IMG/VR virus record: IMGVR_UViG_3300029823_000284
Location: 1-56,918 of that record
Length of the DNA: 56,918 nucleotides
Source: a virus
Lineage: Duplodnaviria; Caudoviricetes
Strand: one strand, 5' to 3'
Under the pieces are notes generated by a model. It had not been told where the DNA came from. It made no database searches and worked only from the letters and a program-made list of their open reading frames with translations. This document shows, in pieces, positions 7,462-17,781 of this stretch. The position numbers and the translations under genes were made by a program. Within the stretch, counting starts at the first letter, position 1, and each line of letters begins with the position of its first letter.

Positions 7462-9392
7462 GAACGCTCAGCATTGACCTGGAGACATTTAGTAGTGTAG
7501 ACCTCGCCAAAAGCGGGGTCTATCGCTATGCTGAAGCTCCGGATTTTGAAATTTTGCTTTTTGGATATAGTGTTGATGGAGGACCAGTACGGGTTATTGA
7601 CATAGCAAACGGGGAAACGCTTCCAGAAGATATTCAATGCGCGATATTAAATCGGAATATCACGAAGTGGGCATTCAATGCACAGTTTGAACGAATCTGT
7701 TTGTCCCGGTACCTTGGCATCTGGCTGGAACCTAATTCCTGGCGTTGCACGATGGTTTGGTCTGCGTATCTAGGACTTCCGCTTTCTTTAGAGGGTGCAG
7801 CCTTGGTGACCGGTGCTGATAAACAAAAACTTACTGAAGGCAAGGAACTGATTCGGTATTTCTCCGTCCCATGTAAGCCAACTCAGACAAATGGCGGCCG
7901 TACCCGAAATTTACCGGAGCATGCTCAGGATAAATGGGAACGGTTCAAAGCATATAACGCCCGAGATGTAGAAACGGAACTGGCGATACAGTCGCGACTT
8001 GAAAAGTTCCCGATGCCTGAACATGAGTGGCAGAACTATATCCTAGACCAGCAGATTAACGATAGGGGCATCCAGTTAGATTTGGAATTAGTAAAGCAAG
8101 CCATCCGATGCGATGATCAGACGAGAGAAGTGCTTACGAACCGAATGCGTGTCCTTACTAAATTAGAAAACCCAAACTCAGTCGCCCAGATGAAAACCTG
8201 GCTTTCTGAGAACGGTCTGGAAATAGAAAGCCTAGATAAGGCATCAGTAAAAACATTACTGCGGACAGCACCGGATCATCTAAGTGAAGTGCTGGAACTG
8301 CGGCAGTTGTTGGCCAAGTCCAGCGTAAAGAAATACACAGCGATGGAAAATGTCGTTTGTGCTGATGGGCGAGCACGCGGTCTATTGCAATTTTATGGAG
8401 CTAATCGTACAGGTCGATTTGCAGGAAGACTCATTCAGGTACAAAACCTTCCGCAGAATCACTTGCCTGACTTGGAACAAGCACGAAGCCTTGTTCGCAG
8501 CGGACAGTTTGAAGCATTAGAGATGCTGTATAATTCTGTCCCAGGCGTATTGTCTGAACTAATCCGTACTGCATTCATCCCTAAAGAAGGATTCAAGTTT
8601 ATCGTGGCTGATTTTAGTGCCATTGAAGCGAGGGTTATTGCATGGCTTGCAGGCGAAGCATGGCGAAATGAAGTGTTTGCAACCCATGGAAAAATATATG
8701 AAGCATCAGCTGCTCAAATGTTTCGAGTTCCCATTGCAGAAGTGACAAAAGGAAGTCCGCTAAGGCAAAAAGGCAAGATTGCAGAACTGGCCTTAGGTTA
8801 CGGTGGCTCTGTTGGCGCACTGAAAGCAATGGGTGCTCTGGAAATGGGTCTTTCCGAGGGAGAACTAAAACCGCTGGTAGCTGCATGGCGAAATACTAAT
8901 CCCAATATTGTACGGCTGTGGTGGGATGTTGATAGCTCCGTGAAAGAAGCGGTAAAAGAAAGAACCAGAACTGAGACTCATAGAATCCAGTTTGAATATC
9001 GAAGTGGAATGCTTCTGATACGGCTTCCATCTGGAAGACAACTGACATATGTAAAGCCCCAAATAGGAATAAACAGCTTTGGAAGTGAGTCGGTGTCATA
9101 TGAAGGCATAGGTACGACGAAGAAATGGGAGCGGATCGAAAGCTATGGACCCAAGTTCGTGGAAAACATCGTGCAGGCAATCTCAAGAGATATTCTATGC
9201 TTTGCTATGCAAAATCTAGATAGTGCAGGGTACAAAATAGTGATGCATGTCCACGACGAAGCTGTGTTGGAAGTTCCATTAGAAGTATCTTTACAGGATG
9301 TTTGTACCCTTATGGGTAAAACCCCGCCTTGGGCAAAGGGTCTTTTACTTCGTGCTGACGGTTATGAATGCAACTTTTATAAAAAAGATTAG
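7458..9392 (+). CDS. Phage family A DNA polymerase
   Basis: IDLET exonuclease motif, ADFSAIEARV (motif A), RQKGKIAELALGYG (motif B), MHVHDE (motif C). Confidence 0.93.
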   Translation: MRTLSIDLETFSSVDLAKSGVYRYAEAPDFEILLFGYSVDGGPVRVIDIANGETLPEDIQCAILNRNITKWAFNAQFERICLSRYLGIWLEPNSWRCTMVWSAYLGLPLSLEGAALVTGADKQKLTEGKELIRYFSVPCKPTQTNGGRTRNLPEHAQDKWERFKAYNARDVETELAIQSRLEKFPMPEHEWQNYILDQQINDRGIQLDLELVKQAIRCDDQTREVLTNRMRVLTKLENPNSVAQMKTWLSENGLEIESLDKASVKTLLRTAPDHLSEVLELRQLLAKSSVKKYTAMENVVCADGRARGLLQFYGANRTGRFAGRLIQVQNLPQNHLPDLEQARSLVRSGQFEALEMLYNSVPGVLSELIRTAFIPKEGFKFIVADFSAIEARVIAWLAGEAWRNEVFATHGKIYEASAAQMFRVPIAEVTKGSPLRQKGKIAELALGYGGSVGALKAMGALEMGLSEGELKPLVAAWRNTNPNIVRLWWDVDSSVKEAVKERTRTETHRIQFEYRSGMLLIRLPSGRQLTYVKPQIGINSFGSESVSYEGIGTTKKWERIESYGPKFVENIVQAISRDILCFAMQNLDSAGYKIVMHVHDEAVLEVPLEVSLQDVCTLMGKTPPWAKGLLLRADGYECNFYKKD

Positions 9393-9399
9393 TTTGAGG

Positions 9400-9452
9400 G
9401 GGTTCGAAACCTCCTCTTTTTTTGCTTATAGCTGAGGGCAGTTCATACCGCC
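9400..9452 (+). promoter_or_regulatory. Conserved motif copy 2 plus short hairpin
   Basis: GGGTTCGA-aacctcctct-TTTTTTGCTTAT followed by GGGC..GCCC stem. Confidence 0.7.
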
Positions 9453-9478
9453 CTACAACTATAAGCTGGAGGTTCGAT

Positions 9479-10315
9479 ATGAACGAATTAACAATTTTCA
9501 ACTACGAAGGCAAAGAAGTACGCACAATTCAGAAAAACGGAGAAACCTGGTGGGTAGCAAAAGATGTCTGCGATGTCTTTGGTGAAACCAATAGGAATCG
9601 CGCCATGCAGTCTCTTGATGAAGATGAAAAGGGGTATACGCAAATGACTACCCCTGGAGGAATGCAACAAGTAGCCATTGTAAATGAACCAGGACTGTAC
9701 TCATTATTATTTGCTATGCAGCCATCAAAAGCAAGAGGCGTTAGTGATGAGTACATTTTTGAAAGAGAACAAAAGCTGAAGAAATTCAAGCGTTGGGTAA
9801 CACACGAGGTTCTTCCTTCTATTCGCAAGCATGGGTTATATGCCGCAGATGAACTGCTTGCCAATCCCGATCTTTGGATCAAGGCGTTACAGGAGCTTAA
9901 AGCAGAGCGTGCAAAAAATGCTAAGCTATCTGCCACCATAAGTATTCAGGAACAGCAGATCGCTGAAATGAAACCTAAAGCAAGTTATTACGACGTGGTT
10001 CTTAATTGTAAGGATGCGGTGGCCATAACAACGATCGCGAAGGATTATGGAAAATCCGGTCGCTGGCTTAATGAATACCTTCATGATCTGGGTGTTCAAT
10101 TCTGTCAGGGGAAAATATGGCTCCTGTATCAGAAACATGCCCAGCATGGCTATACAGTAACCAAAACCCATAGCTACCCCGGAAATGATGGGACGATGCA
10201 TTCGAAAGTCCATACTTATTGGACTCAGAAAGGCCGCTTGTTTATCTATGAATTGCTGAAAGCGCAGGGCATTCTTCCGCTAATAGAGCAAGGGCAGGAA
10301 TTTGAGGTGGTATAA
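9479..10315 (+). CDS. BRO-N / KilAC phage antirepressor
   Basis: FNYEGKEVRTI..WWVAKDVC, FKRWVTHEVLPSIRKHG, WTQKGRLFIYELLK. Confidence 0.9.
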   Translation: MNELTIFNYEGKEVRTIQKNGETWWVAKDVCDVFGETNRNRAMQSLDEDEKGYTQMTTPGGMQQVAIVNEPGLYSLLFAMQPSKARGVSDEYIFEREQKLKKFKRWVTHEVLPSIRKHGLYAADELLANPDLWIKALQELKAERAKNAKLSATISIQEQQIAEMKPKASYYDVVLNCKDAVAITTIAKDYGKSGRWLNEYLHDLGVQFCQGKIWLLYQKHAQHGYTVTKTHSYPGNDGTMHSKVHTYWTQKGRLFIYELLKAQGILPLIEQGQEFEVV

Positions 10316-10317
10316 CG

Positions 10318-10731
10318 ATGGACAAATATAATTCTGAAGGATATCCGGACCCAACAGCTGCGGAAGCATTAGAGAATGTAATGCGCGAAGAAAAAGCGAA
10401 AAAATATAAGCCTTGCGTTTTCATCTGCTCACCCTTTGCTGGAGATACAGCTAGAAATCTGGAGAATGCCAGAAGATACTTAAAATTTGCAGTGGAGCAA
10501 GGAGTCATTCCCTTCGCTCCTCATCTGCTATATCCACAGGTGATGGATGACTGCGATCCTGACCAGAGAAAGCTAGGTTTGTTTTTTGGCATAGTCTGGC
10601 TCAAAAAATGTGATGAGCTATGGGTATTTGGCAGCTACATCTCAGCTGGAATGCAAGCAGAAATCGACAAAGCTTCAAAGCACCGTATCCCTATCAGATA
10701 TTTTACTGAAAAATGCGAGGAGGTGCAGTAG
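10318..10731 (+). CDS. DUF4406-like (nucleoside deoxyribosyltransferase fold) protein
   Basis: VFICSPFAG, PFAPHLLYPQ, CDELWVFG..ISAGMQAEI. Confidence 0.75.
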   Translation: MDKYNSEGYPDPTAAEALENVMREEKAKKYKPCVFICSPFAGDTARNLENARRYLKFAVEQGVIPFAPHLLYPQVMDDCDPDQRKLGLFFGIVWLKKCDELWVFGSYISAGMQAEIDKASKHRIPIRYFTEKCEEVQ

Positions 10732-10733
10732 AT

Positions 10734-13079
10734 ATGATAATAGCGGTTGGCAACAGCCGTATGGATAGAAAGTGGAAGAACAAGGACATATCTTGGAACG
10801 ACTTTATCGCCCGAGTGAGTACAACCATCCGTACTACTGAAACAGTTTCTGAGTTCCGCAAGATGAGCAGGGCTCAGCAAGATACCATCAAAGACGTTGG
10901 TGGCTTTGTAGGCGGAGCACTACGTGAAGGAAAACGTAGAAACGGTTATGTTCTTAGCCGTTCCCTTCTGACCCTCGACATGGACTATGCAAAACCTGGC
11001 ATATGGGAGCAGATTGAGACGCTGCACGATTTCAAATGCTGCATTTACTCCACTCATAAACACACGCCGGAAGCTCCAAGGTTAAGGCTTTTGATTCCGC
11101 TGAAACGAGAAGTTACGGAAGATGAATACCCGGCGCTTGGTCGCATGGTAGCAAAGGAAATTGGAATCGACTTCTTTGATGACACTACCTATGAACCATC
11201 AAGGCTAATGTATTGGCCATCAACTTCCGCTGATGGTGAGTTTGTTTTCAGGGAAAAAGACGGAGAGCTTCTAGACCCGGATATGTACCTTGCTAAATAC
11301 ACGGACTGGCGCGATACCTCTATGTGGCCGGTATCTTCCAGACAATCAGAGGTGGTTCAACGAAAGATTACTAAACAGGCAGATCCGCTTTCAAAAGAAG
11401 GCGTAGTCGGCGCATTTTGCAGAGCTTATACGATTGAAGAAGCTATCGACACCTTCTTGCAGGACGTGTATGAGCCAAGCACCATGAATGGACGTTACGA
11501 TTACATTCCAGCAGACTCATCAGCGGGATTGGTGATATATGATGGGAAGTTTGCTTATAGCCATCACGCTACCGACCCTGCCTGCGGAATGCTGCTGAAT
11601 GCTTTTGATCTTGTCCGCGTGCATAAATTTAGAGATTTGGACGAGAAGACTACCGAAAATACAGCGCCAAGCAAACTGCCTTCTTTTAGAGCTATGACGG
11701 ATTTGGCTCTTAAAGATGAACGAGTCAAGGAGCAATTTGCTGAGGAACGCAGGGTACAAGCTGAAAGTGAATTTATCGATGAAGATTGGGAAAAGCAGCT
11801 TGAACTGGATAAGACCGGCGCAGTTAAAAATACGCTAAGAAATTTAATTTTAATTTTGGAAAACGATCCGAATCTTAAAAGCATTGTCTTTAATCAGCTC
11901 TCAGACAGTCTTGAGATCAAAGGCGATGTTCCATGGCCGCATCCTTCAAGGTTCTGGAGAGATGCTGATGATGCTCAGTTGATCAGCTACATTGATACGC
12001 ATTATGGAACTTTCTCTGCAAGAAACTATGATGTGGCTGTAGCAAAGGTGGCCGATGATCGTTCCTATCATCCGATTCGTGAATTTATAGAAGCCCTCCC
12101 GGAATGGGATAAGGTGCCGCGTGTAGACAGCCTTTTAATCGATTATCTTGGAGCATCGGATAATCCGTATGTACGGGCAGTTACTAGAAAAACCATATGT
12201 GCTGCTATCGCACGTGTACTCACCCCCGGTATCAAGTTCGATTCTATGCTGGTTCTAAATGGACCACAGGGTGTAGGGAAAAGTACGCTCATCGCCAAGC
12301 TGGGCGGTGACTGGTTTTCGGATAGCTTAAGTTTATCTGATACAAAGGATAAGACTGCTGCTGAAAAATTGCAGGGATATTGGATTTTAGAAATTGGAGA
12401 ACTTGCCGGACTTAAAAAGGCTGAAGTAGAGACGCTTCGTAGTTTCCTCTCCCGCCAGAATGATATTTACCGAGCTAGTTTTGGCAGAAGAGCGACTCCC
12501 CACTTAAGACAATGTGTCTTTTTTGGCACCACCAATGCGGAAAAGGGATATTTGCGAGATACAACTGGTAATCGTAGGTTCTGGCCGGTAAAGACTCCAG
12601 GTAATGGTACAAAAAAGTCATGGCAGTTGACACAGGATGAAATTTTGCAGATATGGGCTGAAGCGCTCGCCTATGTTAAGACGGGCGAGAAATTGTATCT
12701 GGATGCCAGCTTAGAGAAACTAGCGAAAGACGAACAAAGAGAAGCGATGGAATCGGATGAGCGAGAAGGTTTAGTGCGCGAGTACCTTGACATGCTTTTA
12801 CCTGAAGATTGGGACACCATGGATTTATACGAGCGTCGTGCCTTCATTAACGGTACTGAATTTGGAGAGAGCCAGCGGGTTGGCGTGAAAAAACGTACGT
12901 CCGTATCCAATATGGAGATCTGGTGCGAATGCTTTGGAAAGGATCGCGCCAATTTGCGAAGGATGGATGGTAATGAAATATCCGCGATCATGGCGGGTAT
13001 TGGCGGCTGGAGCGGTCTTGTTAAAAAGGAACGCATTCCTCTTTATGGGCCGCAATGGGTTTATGTTCCCAAGCCATGA
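10734..13079 (+). CDS. Primase-helicase, virulence-associated E (VapE) family
   Basis: N-terminal LDMD / YSTHKH..PRLRL primase motifs; Walker A GPQGVGKST; TTGNRRFWP. Confidence 0.88.
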   Translation: MIIAVGNSRMDRKWKNKDISWNDFIARVSTTIRTTETVSEFRKMSRAQQDTIKDVGGFVGGALREGKRRNGYVLSRSLLTLDMDYAKPGIWEQIETLHDFKCCIYSTHKHTPEAPRLRLLIPLKREVTEDEYPALGRMVAKEIGIDFFDDTTYEPSRLMYWPSTSADGEFVFREKDGELLDPDMYLAKYTDWRDTSMWPVSSRQSEVVQRKITKQADPLSKEGVVGAFCRAYTIEEAIDTFLQDVYEPSTMNGRYDYIPADSSAGLVIYDGKFAYSHHATDPACGMLLNAFDLVRVHKFRDLDEKTTENTAPSKLPSFRAMTDLALKDERVKEQFAEERRVQAESEFIDEDWEKQLELDKTGAVKNTLRNLILILENDPNLKSIVFNQLSDSLEIKGDVPWPHPSRFWRDADDAQLISYIDTHYGTFSARNYDVAVAKVADDRSYHPIREFIEALPEWDKVPRVDSLLIDYLGASDNPYVRAVTRKTICAAIARVLTPGIKFDSMLVLNGPQGVGKSTLIAKLGGDWFSDSLSLSDTKDKTAAEKLQGYWILEIGELAGLKKAEVETLRSFLSRQNDIYRASFGRRATPHLRQCVFFGTTNAEKGYLRDTTGNRRFWPVKTPGNGTKKSWQLTQDEILQIWAEALAYVKTGEKLYLDASLEKLAKDEQREAMESDEREGLVREYLDMLLPEDWDTMDLYERRAFINGTEFGESQRVGVKKRTSVSNMEIWCECFGKDRANLRRMDGNEISAIMAGIGGWSGLVKKERIPLYGPQWVYVPKP

Positions 13080-13326
13080 TGAAGATTGGAACATTTGGAA
13101 CAAATTCAGCCTTGGGAACAGTTATCACCTGTTCCGGTGAAACAAAAACACCTCTTTGGTACATCTCATCGGAACAGGCGGAAGCCCCTTACAAGCTAGG
13201 CTACTTAATATCCTGTGTTCCATTGTTCCATAAATTATTATTAAAAATAATCCCTAAGATAAAAGTAAAAATCGTACACAGACGCGTATTTACGCGCGTA
13301 TAGAGATTTTTTGGATTTAGGGAACA
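13064..13326. repeat. GGAACA/TGTTCC repeat cluster, putative replication origin
   Basis: GGAACA at 13088, 13097, 13115, 13171, 13321; TGTTCC at 13130, 13216, 13224; AT-rich tract 13230-13270. Confidence 0.5.
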
Positions 13327-13336
13327 TGGAGGACAT

Positions 13337-13618
13337 ATGAGAGAAAAAAATATAGAGCAGAAATTAGTTCTGATAACAAAAGACTTGGGCGGCCTAGCCT
13401 TAAAGCTTGTCTCACCGGGTTTTAATGGGATGCCAGACCGACTGATTTTACTGCCAGAGAGAAAAATCGCTTTTATTGAAGTAAAAGCGCCGGGTAAAAC
13501 CTTAAGGCCCTTACAAGAAAAGCGAAAAAGACAGTTAGAATCACTCGGCTTTTTGGTTTTCTGCTTGGACCATATAGAACAGATTGGAGGGATACTTCGT
13601 GAAATACAATCCTCATGA
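13337..13618 (+). CDS. VRR-NUC domain nuclease
   Basis: GMPDRLIL..FIEVKAPG..RPLQ. Confidence 0.88.
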   Translation: MREKNIEQKLVLITKDLGGLALKLVSPGFNGMPDRLILLPERKIAFIEVKAPGKTLRPLQEKRKRQLESLGFLVFCLDHIEQIGGILREIQSS

Positions 13619-14951
13619 TTATCAGACATATACCACTGAGTATATCCTCACCCACCCCATAGCAGCAGTGCTTTTAGATATGGGATTAGGTAAAAGTGTT
13701 ATTACCCTAACCGCCATTTTTGATTTGACATTGGATAGCTTTCTTGTTCGCAAAGTTCTGGTGATTGCACCTCTGCGAGTAGCCAGAGATACATGGCCTG
13801 CAGAGATTGAAAAGTGGGATCATCTTAAAGGGCTTAAATATACCGTAGCGGTTGGTTCTGAGGTTCAGAGAAAAACAGCACTTATGAAAAGAGCACAGGT
13901 GTATATTATCAATCGAGAAAACGTCGAATGGCTCGTTTCCAGAAGCGGCATTCCTTTTGATTTTGACATGGTCGTGGTAGATGAGCTGTCCTCGTTTAAA
14001 TCCCATCAAGCAAAAAGGTTTAAAAGCCTAATTAAAGTCAGGCCAAAGGTTAAAAGGTTTGTTGGGCTTACCGGGACACCATCATCTAATGGTTTGATGG
14101 ATTTATGGGCAGAATATCGGCTTTTGGACATGGGGCAAAGACTGGGTCGCTTTATTGGCAGATACAGAGAAGATTATTTTGTGCCGGACAAGCGCAATCA
14201 GCAAGTTATATTCTCCTACAAACCAAAGCCGGGAGCAGAAGAAGCTATCTACCGACTAATTTCGGATATCACTATCAGCATGAAAGTCTCCGATTATATT
14301 AAACTGCCTGAGCTGGTCATAAACGAAGTTTCAGTCAAGCTTTCCGAAAAGGAAATGGAAGCCCTCGACAGTATGAAGCGGGATCTGATAGCGACGGTTA
14401 AAGGTGAGGAAATTACTGCAGCCAATGCGGCTGCATTATCTGGAAAGCTCCTGCAGATGGCCAATGGTGCAGTCTATGACGATCATGGTTCGGTGATTCA
14501 TATACACGACCGTAAGCTGGATGCGTTAGAGGATGTAATCGAAGGAGCCAATGGTAAACCCGTCTTGATTGCCTACTGGTTTAAGCATGATCTGGTTCGG
14601 ATACAAAAACGCTTTGAGGTTGAAGTTTTATCCAGTGCTGATTCCATAAGGAGATGGAACAAAGGAGAAATTTCGGTTGCCGTCATTCATCCAGCATCTG
14701 CCGGGCATGGACTGAATCTGCAAGCTGGAGGCTCTACTCTTGTTTGGTTCGGATTGACATGGAGCTTGGAACTTTATCAGCAAACCAACGCACGGCTTTG
14801 GCGGCAAGGGCAAAAGGATACAGTGGTCATCCACCACCTGATAGCAAAAGGCACCATCGATGAGCGTGTGATGAAAGCGCTGAAAGATAAGGACAGCACC
14901 CAAGCTGCGCTAATTGATGCGGTCAAGGCAACACTTTTAAAGGAGGTTTGA
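13599..14951 (+). CDS. SNF2-family helicase
   Basis: DMGLGKS, VVDELS, LTGTP, GHGLNLQ, QTNARLWRQGQ. Confidence 0.9.
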   Translation: MKYNPHDYQTYTTEYILTHPIAAVLLDMGLGKSVITLTAIFDLTLDSFLVRKVLVIAPLRVARDTWPAEIEKWDHLKGLKYTVAVGSEVQRKTALMKRAQVYIINRENVEWLVSRSGIPFDFDMVVVDELSSFKSHQAKRFKSLIKVRPKVKRFVGLTGTPSSNGLMDLWAEYRLLDMGQRLGRFIGRYREDYFVPDKRNQQVIFSYKPKPGAEEAIYRLISDITISMKVSDYIKLPELVINEVSVKLSEKEMEALDSMKRDLIATVKGEEITAANAAALSGKLLQMANGAVYDDHGSVIHIHDRKLDALEDVIEGANGKPVLIAYWFKHDLVRIQKRFEVEVLSSADSIRRWNKGEISVAVIHPASAGHGLNLQAGGSTLVWFGLTWSLELYQQTNARLWRQGQKDTVVIHHLIAKGTIDERVMKALKDKDSTQAALIDAVKATLLKEV

Positions 14952-14955
14952 TGAG

Positions 14956-15411
14956 ATGAATATTGTTTGGCATTACTTAGATAAAAAGTTGGCAGCCATT
15001 AACGCCCTCAAGGATTATAAAAACATGGAGTATATTATTGAACATACCGATGAGGACATTGCTGCCATCCATGAAAAGATAGAATCCCCCAGGAGTTCCT
15101 TTCCAACCGGTATGCCTAAGGTTCATAACCCCAAGGCAGTAGAAGAGCGCTTAGCTTCATATATCGATGAGATAGATGTGCTAAAGGAACGGTATCGACA
15201 GGCCTTGGAATACATGGAGTGGTTCAAGCCCGCGTGGGAGACACTAGACGAGGATTCTCAGTTCATCCTCAATGAATTCTTTGTAAGAGATATTAGCAAA
15301 ACAGAAGCGATACTAAATATAAGTGAACGTCTCCATATTGAGCGTTCATGGGTGTACAAGAAAAAAGAGGATGCATTGAGACAATTGACGCTTCTTTTAT
15401 ATGGCAAATGA
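14956..15411 (+). CDS. RinA/ArpU-like late transcriptional activator
   Basis: Last replication-module gene; C-terminal HTH ISERLHIERSWVYKKKEDAL. Confidence 0.7.
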   Translation: MNIVWHYLDKKLAAINALKDYKNMEYIIEHTDEDIAAIHEKIESPRSSFPTGMPKVHNPKAVEERLASYIDEIDVLKERYRQALEYMEWFKPAWETLDEDSQFILNEFFVRDISKTEAILNISERLHIERSWVYKKKEDALRQLTLLLYGK

Positions 15412-15478
15412 GAGTGGACAAATAGCGGACGAATTTTACAGAAAATCATATTACAATAGTATCATGGAAAATTGTAAG

Positions 15479-15511
15479 AAGCCTTCGTGGTAAACCGCGG
15501 GGGCTTTTCTT
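15479..15511 (+). terminator. Intrinsic terminator-like hairpin
   Basis: AAGCCTTCGTGG-taaa-CCGCGGGGGCTT followed by T-rich tail. Confidence 0.55.
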
Positions 15512-15532
15512 ATGCCCTTAAGGAGGTGCCGT

Positions 15533-15892
15533 ATGCCAAAGAAGCCAAAACGGCCTTGCTCTTTCCCAAGCTGTCCCGAGTTAACGGATGGTCGTTTTTG
15601 TGAAAAGCATGCGAAACAAGAAGCTTCTCGTTATGAAAAATATGACCGCGATCCTGCCGTGAAAAAACGTTATGGAAGGACGTGGAAACGAATCCGTGAC
15701 CGCTACATTGCGGCGCATCCTCTTTGCGAACAATGCCAGAAGAATGGACGGATCACACCCGCTGAAGAAGTACACCACATCAAGCCGCTTTCCCAAGGTG
15801 GTACCAACGACGTGAGAAACCTCATGTCTTTATGTACTCCCTGCCACTCTGAGATCACTGCTCGAGAAGGCGGCCGATGGGGTCGACGGTAG
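15533..15892 (+). CDS. Packaging-associated HNH endonuclease
   Basis: CEQC..EVHHIKPL..GGTN..NLMSLCTPCH. Confidence 0.9.
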   Translation: MPKKPKRPCSFPSCPELTDGRFCEKHAKQEASRYEKYDRDPAVKKRYGRTWKRIRDRYIAAHPLCEQCQKNGRITPAEEVHHIKPLSQGGTNDVRNLMSLCTPCHSEITAREGGRWGRR

Positions 15893-15965
15893 GGGCGGTC
15901 AAAATCTCTGGGACCCTTGTGCCGTGGAACGGGCGGGGGGTCACGCGCGAAAATTCGCGGTTTCA
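15891..15965 (+). other. Putative cos packaging site region
   Basis: GC-rich GGGGCGGTCAAAATCTCT..CGGGCGGGGGTCACGCGCG between HNH and TerS, the usual cos position in HK97-like phages. Confidence 0.55.
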
Positions 15966-16003
15966 AACAGGGAATTAACCTCGGGTAGAAAAGAGGTGGA
16001 AAA

Positions 16004-16555
16004 ATGGCCAAGGATGGAACTAACCGAGGAGGTGCACGTATCGGCTCCGGGCAGAAAAAGAAGCCACTTGCGGACAAAATTGCAGCCGGGAATCCCGGTA
16101 AGCGGAAACTTGAAGTTATAGAATTTAAAAATACCGCTGATCTTCAAGGTCAGGTGATGCCGCAGCCAAGAGCTATGCTTTCAGCAGTTCAGAAGGACGG
16201 AAAAACGCTGGTAGCATCAGAAATATATGAAATTACATGGAAATGGCTTGAAGAACGGGGATGTGCCCATCTTGTTCTTCCGCAGCTTTTAGAACGCTAT
16301 GCCATGAGTGCGGCCAGGTGGATACAGTGTGAGGAAGCAGTAACCGAATTTGGATTTCTTGCCAAGCACCCCACCACAGGCAATGCAATCCAAAGTCCAT
16401 ACGTAGTGATGAGTCAGAACTTCATGAGCCAGACTAATAGACTATGGATGGAAATCTACCAGATTGTCCGTGAAAACTGTGCCACAGAATACAATGGCTT
16501 AAATCCGCAGGACGATGTGATGGAACGACTTCTTACAGCCCGTAGGGGTAAATAA
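16004..16555 (+). CDS. Terminase small subunit (P27 family)
   Basis: GNPGKRKL, QSPYV; position after HNH/cos. Confidence 0.85.
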   Translation: MAKDGTNRGGARIGSGQKKKPLADKIAAGNPGKRKLEVIEFKNTADLQGQVMPQPRAMLSAVQKDGKTLVASEIYEITWKWLEERGCAHLVLPQLLERYAMSAARWIQCEEAVTEFGFLAKHPTTGNAIQSPYVVMSQNFMSQTNRLWMEIYQIVRENCATEYNGLNPQDDVMERLLTARRGK

Positions 16556-16575
16556 AAATAGATTGGAGATGTGAA

Positions 16576-17781
16576 ATGAGCAAAAGATTTTTAACATCTG
16601 AAAGTGTATGTTCCGGTCACCCAGACAAGCTGTGTGACATCATTGCGGATAGCATTTTGGAAGCCTGTCTTCGTAAGGATAAGGCATCCAAGGTAGCATG
16701 TGAAGTTATGGCGACCAAGGGTAGAATTATCGTAGCGGGCGAGATCACCTGCAGCGAAAAGGTCGATATCCGATACATTGTTAGAAATGTGCTTCGGGAT
16801 GTTGGATACAACCCATGGAAGTTTTTGATTTATGTATTTGTGCATAGACAGAGCCAGGATATTGCAGCTGGTGTTAATACAGCACTTGAAGCAAGAGAAG
16901 GTATTAACGAGCAGTATGGTTCTATGGGTGCCGGTGACCAGGGCACTATGTACGGTTATGCAACAGATGAAACGCGAGAGATGCTTCCCCTCCCTCTAGT
17001 ACTCTCACATAGGATCGTGAAGCGATTGGACGATGTCCGCAAAGGTAAACTTATAAAGGGCATTCTTCCAGATGGCAAAGCACAAGTTACAGTGGAATAT
17101 GATGGCGATACTCCTGTAAGAGTAAAAACTATAGTCATTTCAGTTCAGCATAAAGAGGACAAGACTCAAGAGGAACTTCGTTCAGATATTTTAAATAATG
17201 TCCTCTGGCAATGCTTTGAGGATTTTCCTTTTGATAACGATACTGAGATTCTTATAAACCCGTCCGGTAGATTTGTAGAGGGAGGTCCCGCAGCCGATAC
17301 AGGACTTACTGGAAGAAAGCTGATGGTCGATACCTATGGCGGGCTTGCATCCCATGGTGGCGGTGCCCTTTCTGGTAAAGACCCCACCAAGGTTGATAGA
17401 AGCGGCACATATATGGCTCGATACATAGCCAAGCATATTGTTTGGTGCGGCTATGCAAAAAGATGCGAAGTCAGTGTATCCTACGCCATCGGTAAAGCAA
17501 ATCCGGTGGCTTTTTCTGTTAACACTCTAAACACCGGTATTGTGCCTGATGAGATACTAACCCTTGCGGCACAGGAGGTTTTCAGTCTCAAACCTGCTGC
17601 GATTATAGAAAAACTGCGCCTGCGCAACGTAATCTATTCCGATACGGCTGTTTATGGACATTTCAATAGCTGTCTTTTCCCTTGGGAAGATGTAAATAAG
17701 TCCAATGAATTAAGAAAGGCGGTGGAGAAGTATGCTGATAGAGAAGTTGAAGATAGAACAGCTCATCCCTGCCGAGTATAA
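16576..17781 (+). CDS. metK: S-adenosylmethionine synthetase
   Basis: TSESVCSGHPDKLCD, GAGDQG, GLTGRK, GGGALSGKDPTKVDRS. Confidence 0.95.
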   Translation: MSKRFLTSESVCSGHPDKLCDIIADSILEACLRKDKASKVACEVMATKGRIIVAGEITCSEKVDIRYIVRNVLRDVGYNPWKFLIYVFVHRQSQDIAAGVNTALEAREGINEQYGSMGAGDQGTMYGYATDETREMLPLPLVLSHRIVKRLDDVRKGKLIKGILPDGKAQVTVEYDGDTPVRVKTIVISVQHKEDKTQEELRSDILNNVLWQCFEDFPFDNDTEILINPSGRFVEGGPAADTGLTGRKLMVDTYGGLASHGGGALSGKDPTKVDRSGTYMARYIAKHIVWCGYAKRCEVSVSYAIGKANPVAFSVNTLNTGIVPDEILTLAAQEVFSLKPAAIIEKLRLRNVIYSDTAVYGHFNSCLFPWEDVNKSNELRKAVEKYADREVEDRTAHPCRV

